A program made the position numbers and the translations under genes. Below, one piece after another: positions 50,557 through 62,440 of a DNA stretch of 64,000 bases. This DNA is from Octopus vulgaris (Eukaryota): positions 110,360,001 through 110,424,000 of the forward strand of contig OX597820.1 in assembly GCA_951406725.2 (NCBI GenBank), read 5' to 3'. Below the pieces are notes generated by a model, which saw nothing but the letters and a program-made list of their open reading frames with translations, ran no database searches and was not told where the DNA came from. Within the stretch, counting starts at the first letter, position 1; the number at the start of each line of letters is the position of its first letter.

Positions 50557-51200
50557 CAGAAGTTTTGAGTCTTTTTCAGGAAAGACATTCATCAATTTCA
50601 AACAAGTACAAAACTCTAATTTCCTTCAAAATAGAATCCTTTAACTTCAATGCACTCCATCCACTTTGTAAAGACTCCATGGATGTCTGCCAAAGTGAAG
50701 GTGTCTAGGACCTTTGTCATAACTTTCTTCAGCTTAGGGAGCAAGGTCTAGACTGTAGGAAGGGTGAGAGATAGTTTCAGTGGCCATCTCTGTCAAGTAG
50801 TTGGTTACCAGAATGGAAATGTCTATCAATGCATTGTTTTGGTACAGGTGCTCTGGCCCTTCATGACAAAATCACTTCCTGAATTTCCTCAGAACTGCTA
50901 CAAAGTAGTCTTTACTGATCGTTTGGCCAGAGGGAACCCAGTAGATGTAGATGATACCTTTATTCTCAAAAAAAGGTTCATATTGATCCTCCTGGTGGAC
51001 TTGCTTTGTTTGGCCGCTTTTGCTAGTAAGAAACAGACGCTCAGCTTATACAAGTTAATCCATGACCAGTCTGGAGCATTTCATAAGTTTCTGTAGTGTT
51101 TTTGGCCTGTTTAACAAATCTTTATAGCATAGCAAGCTTCCAAATTGTCTTGATGTCCCAACTACATTCTGCAGACTAATCTGCTGTGACAAGCAATGTT
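50554..51200 (-). mobile_element. Heavily decayed mariner-like remnant
   Basis: Minus-strand C-terminal ECIEVKGFYFEG-like motif. Confidence 0.5.
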
Positions 51201-51799
51201 TAGTAAGTGCTGTTATAAGAAATTATAAATTGGGAAATTATAAATTAAAGCATGAATTCAAATTCTCTTTACTACCAAACAATAAATTATGCCACAGTGA
51301 TTGAAATTAATAAAGTTGGCTCATTACTATTGTATATACTAATAATAAATTCCTAATGTATATACAAGAAGAGTCCTATTAAATTTCACATACATATAGA
51401 TAAATAATTGTGTTAATCTAGTTTAATATAATTTCTTTTTTGAAGTTATAACTTCTTTATCTTTATTTCCTTATAAAGTTCTGTTGAACTTTATGCTAGA
51501 AGAATAAAGAGTGGGGTAAAGTTAGTGTACGAAAAGGATGGGATGAAAGATAGAGGAAATGAGAGATAATTTGATGACACTGCGGAAGGTAGGGGATGAT
51601 CATTGTAAATATGGGTGGAGATCAAAATTAATAGATGAATGATGGATAATGAGGGAACTGGTTCTGGCAGTAAGAAAAGTGGTATCAAAGAGAAACTAAA
51701 GTTAGCAAAGTGATGGCTGAAGAGTTAGCCGAAAGGGAATTGGGAAGAATTGTGCTTATACACACACACACACTCAGTTCTCTGGAGCTCAGTTACACT

Positions 51800-53201
51800 G
51801 ATGTGGGCTGGTCTTCTCAAAAACTGCATATTAAGTAGCCATCTTGGTCCTTTGTGTTTTTCTCTGTGAGGTTGAACGTCATGAGATTGGTCTTTACCAC
51901 CTTGTCCTTTGTCTTCCTCTGTGCGAGTCTCTCTCTCTTCCACAAGTTCCATCCACCTTTAGTGATTGATAGTTCTTTATACAGTTGTCCTTATCCATGT
52001 GCATCTCATATCCATAGCAAGGAAAATGTCATTGTCATTAGCAGATGTATTGACTCCGTGAACTTTCAATAACCTGTTCTTACTCTGGCTACTATATTCT
52101 TAGAGCAACCATCTCCCTTGCTAATTATATCTCCTTGGTAATGAAAAGTATCAACTACTTCTAGTGAACCATTTGGGTATTTAAGAGAAACTATTTCCAG
52201 TGTGCTCCTACACACTGTTCCAATACATCTGTCACATACAAAGCTTACATTCTTCAATAGCCTGCCTGTAATTCCATAACATCTCTTGTGTGTTCATAGC
52301 TTGCATTAGCTACAGCATATGCAGTTTATACCTACTCCTTTTCTGTAAGCTGAACAAAGCTATTTGCCTGAAGGTACCAAGGTCTTGTCTTCTTTCCTAT
52401 TTACTAAGACCATTGTGTTTGCTAGGTTTACCTTAAGAATTCTCAATTCTAAGTTAGTTTCCATACCTGGAATTTCCTTTCTAATTTCCTCATAGACTCA
52501 GCTATGAGAACTAGATCATTATATAGGAGTGTGATGACCTATAGGCCTATGATGAATTGGAGAGGGCTGAGAACTGAAACTTTATGGACTCCTACTTTCA
52601 TACTAAATCTGTCACTGAAATCATTGCTGACACTCACTTACTGCATCCTTGTACACAATTTGTATCATCCTCAAAACCATTCCTCTCCCACTAGTTTCCT
52701 CAGTGACCAGTAAATTCTTAAGCATGGTATCTTGTCAAAAGTTTTCTTCAATTTAACAAAATTCAAGAATAGTGGTTTATTCTTAGCCAAGTATTTCTCC
52801 AACAATTACCTAAGTAGGAAAATTGCATCTGTGGTGCCTCTTCAAGAGGTACAACCAAACTGCATCTCATTTAGGTCTACACTGTCATGAATCAGTTGGG
52901 CTATGACTCTCTCCAAGACCTTCATAACCTTGTCCTGTAGTTTTATTAATCTAGAGTTGCTTCTCTCTAAGGCATCTCCTTTGGCCTTGTAGTAGTTTAT
53001 GATGATGCTGCTACACCAGCCATTGGGTATGACACCTTCCTAAATGACTTGAACCCAGGTGGTAACCTTGTATCCTACCTCTCCAACTATTTTAAGTATC
53101 CCTGATTAGACCCATAGATTTCCCTCTCTTTATATCTTTGTTTATTTAATCTATCACGCTGCTGTCAATTTGAATTACTGGTCCTTCTACTGAGTCAGCA
53201 T

Positions 53202-53251
<50 letters not shown>

Positions 53252-53396
53252 TATACACACACACACACACACACACATGTGATGGCAAGTGGCCTAGTGG
53301 TTAGGTTGCAAGGAAGCACATTGTAACCAGGGGTATGTAACCACATCCAATAGTCTAGTTGATTCAGTTATATATGTGTGTGTGTGTCTATGCATG

Positions 53397-53444
<48 letters not shown>

Positions 53445-53850
53445 TATTGTGTCACATAAATCTAATTCAGGCCTTGTTTAGCTTGTGTTCTTTATATTCA
53501 GCAATCTTTCATAATAGCATTTCACCACCAGTTTCATTTGTTGCATATCAACAATGAGTGTGCCTTCAACATCCATAATACTTTATGCCTCTGATCCTCA
53601 TGTTGCCTCACTTTCTGCCTCACTTTTCCATTAAATATATCTGTCACCTAGACACCTTTCTAATCATTAGATAATGCTCCCAACTACCACCTTCTTTCCA
53701 GGCTTTCTAAGTCTGTCTTTTAGCCTTGCCTGCCCTATCAACCTTATCATTCCACCTCTGTGTTACTTTTAGCTTAGCTAGAATCTTGCTCCAGCCTCAT
53801 GTCTGATCCATTGCCCTTAGCAGATTATTTTATAGAAATTTCCAGTTGTC
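51800..53850 (-). mobile_element. Decayed RTE LINE (RT and C-terminus), same type as 1-2020, interrupted at 53202-53475
   Basis: DNWKFL..LLRA.DQ, YERLLNI..NADSVEGP, Cys-rich C..C...HKRC..CDRC segment, LEVVDTFHYQGD..ARVRTG. Confidence 0.75.
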
Positions 53851-54105
53851 ATTATATGTATGTATGTATGTATGTATGTATATATATATATATATACACA
53901 CATTATACACACACACACATGTGATGGCAAGTGGCTTAGTGGTTAGGTTGCAAGGAAGTACATTGTAACCAGGGGTATGTAACCACATCCAATAGTCTGG
54001 TTGATTCAGTTATATATGTGTGTGTGTGTGTCTGTGTGTGTGCATGCACACATACACACACACACACACACAGATATTGTGTCACATAAATCTAATTCAG
54101 GCCTT
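53202..54105 (+). repeat. Direct duplication 53202-53475 / 53852-54105
   Basis: Same unique and microsatellite blocks in the same order with few substitutions. Confidence 0.9.
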
Positions 54106-54913
54106 TATTGCTAAGCTCCCTTTTAGAAATAACAACCACAACTCTGAAATAAAGATAATGCAGTCTTTAATATATGAAGACAAGGTGTTCGTGACTTGAG
54201 CACTTTGATTATCAGTATAATTAAGACAAATATTTAGCTAAATCATAGCAATAGTACATACTTTACTTCTTCCTATGCATCTGGTCAACAAATGACTGCT
54301 GGTGTCTTCCTTCACTAAAATTAAGTGCTTGCCATGGATTTCTATGGGCAAATACAAAGATAGCTTCCCATTGTCCTTTGTCAGCTATTTTTTTTTTTTT
54401 TTGACAAGACATCATTTTGTTGGCTAAATAAAGGCTGCAACATCTTGACACTCAGAATGTATAGCCAGTACAAATGCCTAAAATATTTTGTTCAATGTTG
54501 TGACAATTGTGCAACAATTATGTTATGGACTGGTGTATTATTTTATCAACCTTGACAGAGTGGAAGGAATTTTCCCTTGGTGGAATTTGCACTTAGAATG
54601 TAATGACACAAAAGTTATTTTGCAAAGAATTTTTCTGATGCTACAATTTGCTACTTCCACAGTGCACATGTCTGCTCTAAAAAGTACCAGAATAAGATAT
54701 ACTGATGTTCTACTTTACTGGAATAATATATACTGATGTATAGTAATATATACTTATGTTAAACTATTCCTTATTCACAGAAAACTGTTTGTACACAATC
54801 TTCTCAGTTTATTTTCTTAATTGCTTGGAAAGTATTATTATATAAAAAGCTTTATATTATTGTTTTTGTATCTGGTTTGCAAGATTCCTTGTGTAAATTC
54901 TTGCATTGAAACA

Positions 54914-55217
54914 AATTTTGTTGTGTCTGCGAAAAGTCAGAGCCTTAATATAATACACTCACCAATTCAATTTCCATTCATTTATTTATTTATTTATTTA
55001 TTCCAGAAAACTTTTTCATCACCACATTTGTGACCATATCAATGGATGTTGACTTTGGATAATCAGAGTCAAAATTCATTGATACAGTCACAAATGCAGC
55101 AATGAAAAAGCTTTCTGGAATAAATAAATAAATAAATAAATAACTAAATGAGTGGAAATTGAACCAGTGAGTGTGTTATATTAAGGCACTATGACTCTTC
55201 CCAGACACAACAAAATT
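54914..55217. repeat. ~300-bp fold-back with a hammerhead-like motif in each arm
   Basis: Arms pair end to end, including (TTTA)n/(TAAA)n; motifs at 55002-55046 (-) and 55075-55119 (+). Confidence 0.8.
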
Positions 55218-55375
55218 ATATTATTGTTTTATTTGTATATTAATTTTTTTAACATCAACTATATTTGAAGTAAAACAGAATTGTGAGTAATCAGGACAGA
55301 ATAGAAATTATATTAGAAATAAAATCAATTTCAATTTTATGAATTTTTAAATAAAAACTTGTTACAATTTAACTA

Positions 55376-55942
55376 ATGATAGACAACTGTTACTAAAACA
55401 AGTTTCTGTTAATGTACTCTACACATCTTATGATGCAGTCCAAAGGAACATCTCTCGGGAATTATTTCTAGCCTAAACTTACTGTAAATATTTTGTAATA
55501 ATATCATGTTCAATATAGTTTAAATTTCAATTGGAAGTAATATCAGTGAGTAAAGGCAACCAAAAGAACTGGTGTAAAATTGAAATCACTGTCTACCAGT
55601 GATTTTTTTAATATTTTTTCCCCTTGAAATGAAAATCATGTATAATTTATAGCACTTGTAATATTTCTTACTTCATTATAAAATTCTTCATGAAAAGATC
55701 CTACCTTACCCATTATTATTTTTCATGCTATTTTTCAATTTTACACCAGTTCTTTTGGTTGCCTTTACTCACTGATATTACTTCCAATTGAAATTTAAAC
55801 TATATTGAACATGATATTATTACAAAATATTTACAGTAAGTTTAGGCTAGAAATAATTCCTGAGAGATGTTCCTTTGGACTGCATCATAAGATGTGTAGA
55901 GTACATTAACAGAAACTTGTTTTAGTAACAGTTGTCTATCAT
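55376..55942. repeat. Near-perfect 210-bp inverted duplication (55376-55585 / 55733-55942), 147-bp spacer
   Basis: One mismatch seen (55457 vs 55861). Confidence 0.95.
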
Positions 55943-57548
55943 GAAGTGCATTTCTTTGTCATAGTAGATCCAAGTATAACCTTGCTATTTTATAGTTTTG
56001 AGAAAAATTCAATATTATTACATAATATTATAGGTTATAGTTTCCACTTAACTATTTTACTTATTTAACTAGAGAAAATGTTTTTTCTGACCCTCATACA
56101 TCCCACCATAATTAATAACAATGTAATGGGACGGTTTAGCTCAAAGCCTTATAGCTACTATCAAATCTCTTACATTAACTGAATAGTAAAATGCTAGAAA
56201 CACAAAAATAGTAATAAAAAATAATGATAGTGATTTCTTATAGTGACAAAAGCAAAGTTTGCTCAAACTCCAAATATAAATGATCTCAAAGCAAAAAAAA
56301 GAGATAAACTTAACAATCCCTACCAAACACTACAACGATATATATTGCTGTGTAACCTTTGTTTAGATTATAGGTCTTAAGATTTTCTCTGTATGATTTA
56401 GTGTTTATTTTCTAAATGTTGCCAAATAAAAGTTACATTATTAACATGTGTGTGGTTTTAGTGACATTATAAGACAGTTTTTAAATAGTATATTACAGTA
56501 AAATTAAGTAAACTAAATATGAAAATCAAACAGAATAATTCATCTCAAAGGAAACTGTACAGTATTGAAGCTAAGTCAAATCTCAAACAGAATAAATTAT
56601 GTCAAAAGAAAAAAAAAACGATGGTCGCTAAAAAAAAGAACAATCAATGTAATATATGTCCATTGTAAAATTTACTTTATTACTATGTACATATGGGAAG
56701 AATTTTGTTTTCCCTCCATGGAAAACCTTTTGTAAATCAAAATTTAAGTGTCTTCTTGAAAAGAATTTCAATTAAAAAATGATTTTCTTATATAAAATGG
56801 AAAAAGAAAAAAAGATTATATTGACTATTTGATTTATATAACCCTATTTCTGAAATAAACCAATAATATAATCAGTTTACATAAGTTTGTCTGAATATGG
56901 GTTAATTAATTGTTAGAAGCAAAACTATTATTCTCTGTCTGAAATCTATCTTCAATCAATGTTAACTGTTTTCACCCTTTACAGTCAATTTTATTTTTAT
57001 TTTATTTTAAAAAAGAAACCCTATGGATTGTTTTATGGATGCATTTATTTTTGTAGATGTTGCTAGATTGTGCTGTTATTATACAGAATCAGGCCCCATC
57101 CTTTTTCTTTTATAAAAGTTGTTGATTATTTGTCTGTTGAACAATGGGCATTGATGAATTAAAAAGAAAAGTTGTATATTATAAATGATAGAGGTTTTGA
57201 AACTGATGTAAATTTTAAACATTTATCAATTTGTTTCCATTTGTTATTAAACCTGTCAAGCCATCATTGATTTAAACCAAATGTAGACATAGTTTCACTG
57301 CAATTTCAGTGTCACTATAAGATTTTGTTCAAGCTTTTATTTTAAAGTGTCAATTTGAACTCAAATTTCTCTCTTCTAACTCATGTTGGTTTTCAATTCA
57401 GGTAATAAAACTTGTCCAACAGTTAAATGTCTTTATAATATATTTTTTTAATTATTTATAACTGACTTATTTTTTATTTATTTATCTATTTGATGATAAA
57501 AATGATATTGAAGATTATGATGACGTTGTTGTTAATGATGATGATGAT

Positions 57549-58400
57549 TGGAGAGAGAATCACTGATAAGAGCGATGTCGTCAGCAAAGTCAGTGTCTGT
57601 TAAGTGTTCAGCTGGGTGTCTGGAACTTCTAGGTTTTATTTCAAAGCCCTTGCCAGAAATGGTATCAACTGAAATACGTAGCACATAGTCAATGACAATG
57701 ATGAAGAGAAATGGGGCGAGTGTGTCTCCCTGCAGTATTCTGGCTTTGTTTGAGAATGATGATGTTTTCCCATCAGGGGTTAAGATGGTTGAAGACGTAT
57801 CTGTGTAGAGGACCTTGATGGCAGAGATGATTTTGTCTGCAATCCCATAGAGCTTAAGGATTTCAAACATCTTGTACCTATCTACAACCTGTAATGATAT
57901 GCATAAGATCTGGTCATCAAATCTAAGTAGAGATTTCAAACTTAAAATCTTCAAAGTCACAGTTGAACCAATTCTACTATATGGCTCAGAAACCTGGACG
58001 TTATCAAAGAAGCTTGAGAGGTGGTTGGATGGAACTTACACTCACCTCATTATGAGAGCTCAAAATCTCTTGTGGAAGCGTCATCCAACCAAAGTACAAA
58101 TATATGGGAAACTACCACCTATGTCATCTCTTGTGAAAGGTAGAAGAGTCCAGTTTGCTGGACATTGTTGTAGAGCTGAAAACGAGGTAATTTCTACTCT
58201 TTTCCTCTGGAAGCCATCTGCTCGCGATACCAGAGGGCACACGCTCTCCTACTCTGATGTAATCTCCAGGGATACAGGCATCCAGCAACAGGACCTCTGT
58301 AATGCTATGAGGTCTGGCGTAACATAGTAAATTCCATTGTCTCGACCACGGTCGAACAATGATGATGATGATGATCATGATCATGATCATGACCATCATG
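57549..58400. mobile_element. 5'-truncated RTE-like LINE with 5' inversion (minus ~57549-57886, plus ~57887-58357, (GAT)n tail)
   Basis: Minus ILQGDTLAPFLF..FADDIAL; plus ILLYGSETW..RRVQFAGHC; AATGATGATGATGAT at 57534-57548 and 58358-58372. Confidence 0.88.
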
Positions 58401-59267
58401 CTGATGTTCAGAATATGATGATCATCATGATCATTTCTGTAAAGTCCTTCATGGAGACAACGCTCTCTTGGTCACTACTGGTCTCTCCACATCAGCTCTT
58501 CAGAAAACTAGAAAGGCCCTCCATAAGTTCTTTGCTAACTTTAGCTTCAAATATACAGTGATGACATTTGAGGACTGCACTAAAAAAGCTGACTTCCTCA
58601 ATGTAATCTTAGATTTAAATGCTCTGGTATAATCCCCATACCATAAACCTATCAAATACCTGAATTACATCAATTTTCACTCTAATCCCCATAGATATAT
58701 TTTAAATAGTGTCATTAGAGATATTTTTATTAGGATTCATGATTTGCCTGCAAATGAGGAAAAGTTTAATAACCACACCACCTATTACAATCTTGTCTAA
58801 CACAAAGCCTAAGAACTACCTAGTGCAATTAAATCTTAATTCTAGGTACCCCAAAACAATAACGATACCACTCCCCACTAGAAATAAGAACCCTCAGCTC
58901 AATACCCTGCACCACAACAAATAACTTACTGAATGCTTCAAAATAACTCATGCAAAATATAATCCTAAAGATAGAGTTACATCCCAAATACCCACTGGAA
59001 ACTTGAATTCTACCCCCAGATTTCTTATTAGAAGTGGGGAGAGAAATATACTCTAGTATAAACTCCACTTCTCTTTAAATGTTAAGGGCCTGACCCAGCA
59101 ATTCTTTACCATTATCAATTCAAACTTCCCACCACACTCAATCTTTAATCCACACTTAAATTATTCTATTCCACTACACCAAGCATCGAATCCATCATAG
59201 TTGCATCTAATAAGCACAAATTTAAAAGACATAACTCATCAACCCCATCTAAGGAGAATAGTAACAA

Positions 59268-59480
59268 TTCTTTCTACTGGAAGCACAAGGCCTCAAATTT
59301 GGGGGAAGGGATTGAGTCAGTTACATCGACCCCAGTGCATAACCGATACTTATTTAATTGACCCTGTAAGTATGAAAGGCAAAGTTGACCTCAGCGGAAT
59401 TTGAACTCAGGATGTAGTGTCAGCCAAAATACCACTAAGCATTTCACCCGGTGTACTAACAGTTCTGCAAGCTTGCCGTG
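59268..59480 (-). mobile_element. tRNA-derived SINE ((ATT)n-tail family)
   Basis: Reverse complement of the 9014-type copies. Confidence 0.85.
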
Positions 59481-59519
59481 TTAGAGAATAGTAATAATAA
59501 TTAGAAGATCAGTGAATGC

Positions 59520-62230
59520 ATAGGCAAAGTAAAGTTGTAGTAGAGGAGAGGCCGAGTCAATATAATGTAGAAAACCTTGTATTACAAGAGGATATAACTG
59601 AGGAACAGAAAAGCCTCAGGATAAGACCCAAGTATAAAATAAGTACATGAACAGAATCCAAGCTGGTGAATTTAAGAAGCTTCAACCATAATAATGTGAA
59701 ATGCACAACCCAAAAGGCTGATGAGATTCTGAGAAAAAATCTAATGGAAACAAGGGACTCGATTCAGATCCACTTCAATTTTAGTAGGTGAACTGGTTGG
59801 AAAGAAAGAGAGGAGAGCAGATGGACAGAAGGAACCATGGTGGAAGCAGAGAATTGGAGGCAATGTTAAAACTTTGCATAAAGATCTGAGTTGCACTGAA
59901 GAATGGGGCAATGGAAAAATGATAAAAACGGTGCAAGGGCATATATTGATGCAAAATACCAAATAGAACAGGCAGGATTCAAAACTTATTGAAACCCTAA
60001 AACAATGTATGTGGGCAAAAACATTAAATATGCAATGCTACACTGATTGCATATGATAGTTCCAGCAAAACAGAGGCAGTTTTTTAAGGGTTTAGGAGGA
60101 GGTAGAGAAGATAATATAACTCCTGAAGCAGAGGAAACCCACCAATTTTGAAATAACATCTGGAGACAAGAAGTTTCCCACAATCACAGTGCTGAGTAGA
60201 TTCATTCTGTGAGATCTGAATTCCATCACCCAGAGGCTCCATGACAGGACCATATGCACATAACAACGGAAGATGTAATTTCACAGATTTCAAAACTGCC
60301 AAACTGGAAAGCAGCAGGACCTGATGGAATTCAAGGCTACTGGTTCAAGTGGTTTAGTTCAACACACAAGCAAATTGCATTGCAATTAGGTAATTGCCTG
60401 CAGAGTGGTGCAGTTCCAGAGTGGATTGTAGAGAGAAAGACAACATTGTTGATGAAAGATCGATCAAAGGGCAATGAGGTTGACAATTACCAACCTGTTG
60501 CTTGCCTTGACCTCTTATGGAAAGTGTTAACAGGCATCCTCACAGGGAAAATATATACATTACTTGCAGAATGCGATCTCCTTCCAGTAGAACAAAAGGG
60601 ATGACAAAAAAGATCCAAGGGCACCAAGAACCACTTTGTGATAGACAAGGTTGTAATGAAGAACTGCAACTAATACCAGAAAAACTTGTGCATAGCTTGG
60701 ATAGACTTTAAAAAAGCTTACGATATGTTGTTGTATTCATGGATTTTAAAAACACTTGACATGTGTAGAATAGCTGAGAATGTGTGTGCACTGATTAAGA
60801 ACAGCATGCTTAGTTGGAAAACACATCTTTTCTGCAACAACCAGCTCTTAGCCAAGGTAACAAGCAAAAGAAGTATCTTCCAGGGAGACTCTTGCTCACC
60901 TTTGCTATTTGTTATAGCCATTATCCCACTTTCTGTAGTCAATGCACACTATGAGATGAGAAAGAATGGACCATGTCTCAACCACCTTCTCTTCATAGAT
61001 GATGTAAAACTGTTCACAAAAACAGAGCCTGAAATGGAGAGGCTGACTGAGACTGTGCAAGGATACAGGGATAGAATTCAGTATCTCGAAGTGTGTGGTG
61101 CTCACTTTGAAATGGGAGAAAAGAGCAGATTGCAGGGGCATAGAATTGCCAAATGGAGAGAGAATGGAAGACCTGGGATCCTAGAGCTGGGCAATATCTT
61201 GCACAGAGAAATGAAAGACAAGGTCATCACTGCATATTTGAAGCACCCCAAACTTCTTTTAAAATCAAAACTGAACCCAAAGAACCCTGTGACTGCCATC
61301 AACATATGGGAAGTTGCTGCAGTCTGCTATAGTGCACCCATCCTGAAATGGACATGAGCAGAGATTAACCAACTCGATCACACTACTCAAAAGACAATGA
61401 CAATGCATGGTGCCCTCCACCCTAAGGTGAATGTACATAGGCTCTACATGAAGAGGTGTAAAGATGGATGTGGGCTGATTAGCGTATGGGAGTGCATCAA
61501 CAGTGAAAGAAGAATATTTGGTAAGCAGCAAGCAAGACCTGCTACAGTATACTGCTAATGTAGAAGGATTTAGCAAAAATGGACTTGAAAGTGCTAATGA
61601 ATTCTGATCATGAATAGTCAATGAGAGAGAAGAAACTCTACTTCGCATGGATTTACATGGTTAGTTCCATCATGAAACTAACAAATTAAAAGACCAGGGA
61701 GCATCATGGAGGTGGCTTAGCAAGAGTGACCTAAAAAAGATGACTGAAAGTCTAATCCTCTCTGCCCAGGACCAGACATTGAATACCAACTCAGTGGAAA
61801 GGGATATGTACCACACAATTGCTATGAATCTCTGCAGAATGTGAGGGAAGAGGGTCAAAAGTGTAATCCACATTGTTAGTACTTGTGAAAGTCTTGCACA
61901 GAGAGAGTACAAGTGCAGGCATGAAAGAAAGAGAAAAGATGGATAAATATGGAGACCTGGGAGTAGAGATCACCAAGATGTGGCAGCTACAAGAGTCAAA
62001 CATAAAGGTTGTCCCTATTGTCATTGGAGCATTGGGTTCAATACCTGAAGAAACATCTGGAAACTTTCAAAATCCCCTACAATCTAGGTGTATGGCAAAA
62101 ATCAGCATGACTTGGAACTGCATGCATATTGTGTAAAGTATTGTCAGTCGGAGGTCCTTGTTGTGACTTGACAGACAGTACAAACCCCCAGTAGGCACTA
62201 TATCTCCAAATAACAACATCACAATATTGG
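59520..62230 (+). mobile_element. R4/Dong-like RLE LINE, long decayed fragment including RT
   Basis: NWKAAGPDGIQGYW, AWIDFKKAYD, IFQGDSCSPLLF, NHLLFIDDVKL, VPIVIGALG; followed by (TAA)n. Confidence 0.9.
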
Positions 62231-62252
62231 ATACTGTGTGATGTCTTAAAAA

Positions 62253-62266
62253 TTAATAATAATAAC

Positions 62267-62304
<38 letters not shown>

Positions 62305-62440
62305 GAAAAACAACAGCAACAATAAAAACAACAGCAACAATAAAAACAACAATAATAATACCAGTAATAGTAATGATAATAATAATAATGGTAATAATAT
62401 CATTGATGGTAATAATAATGGAAATGATAATAATATTCAT
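62253..62440. repeat. (AAT)n/(AAC)n microsatellite, one of many (TA)n, (CA)n, (GA)n, (TTA)n tracts (e.g. 9231, 10058, 12781, 16389, 17829, 18893, 26663, 41592)
   Basis: Directly visible simple repeats. Confidence 0.98.

Noticed and set aside
54263-54451. Minus-strand exon candidate
   Set aside because: The acceptor is preceded by poly-A rather than pyrimidines and there is a stop before the donor.
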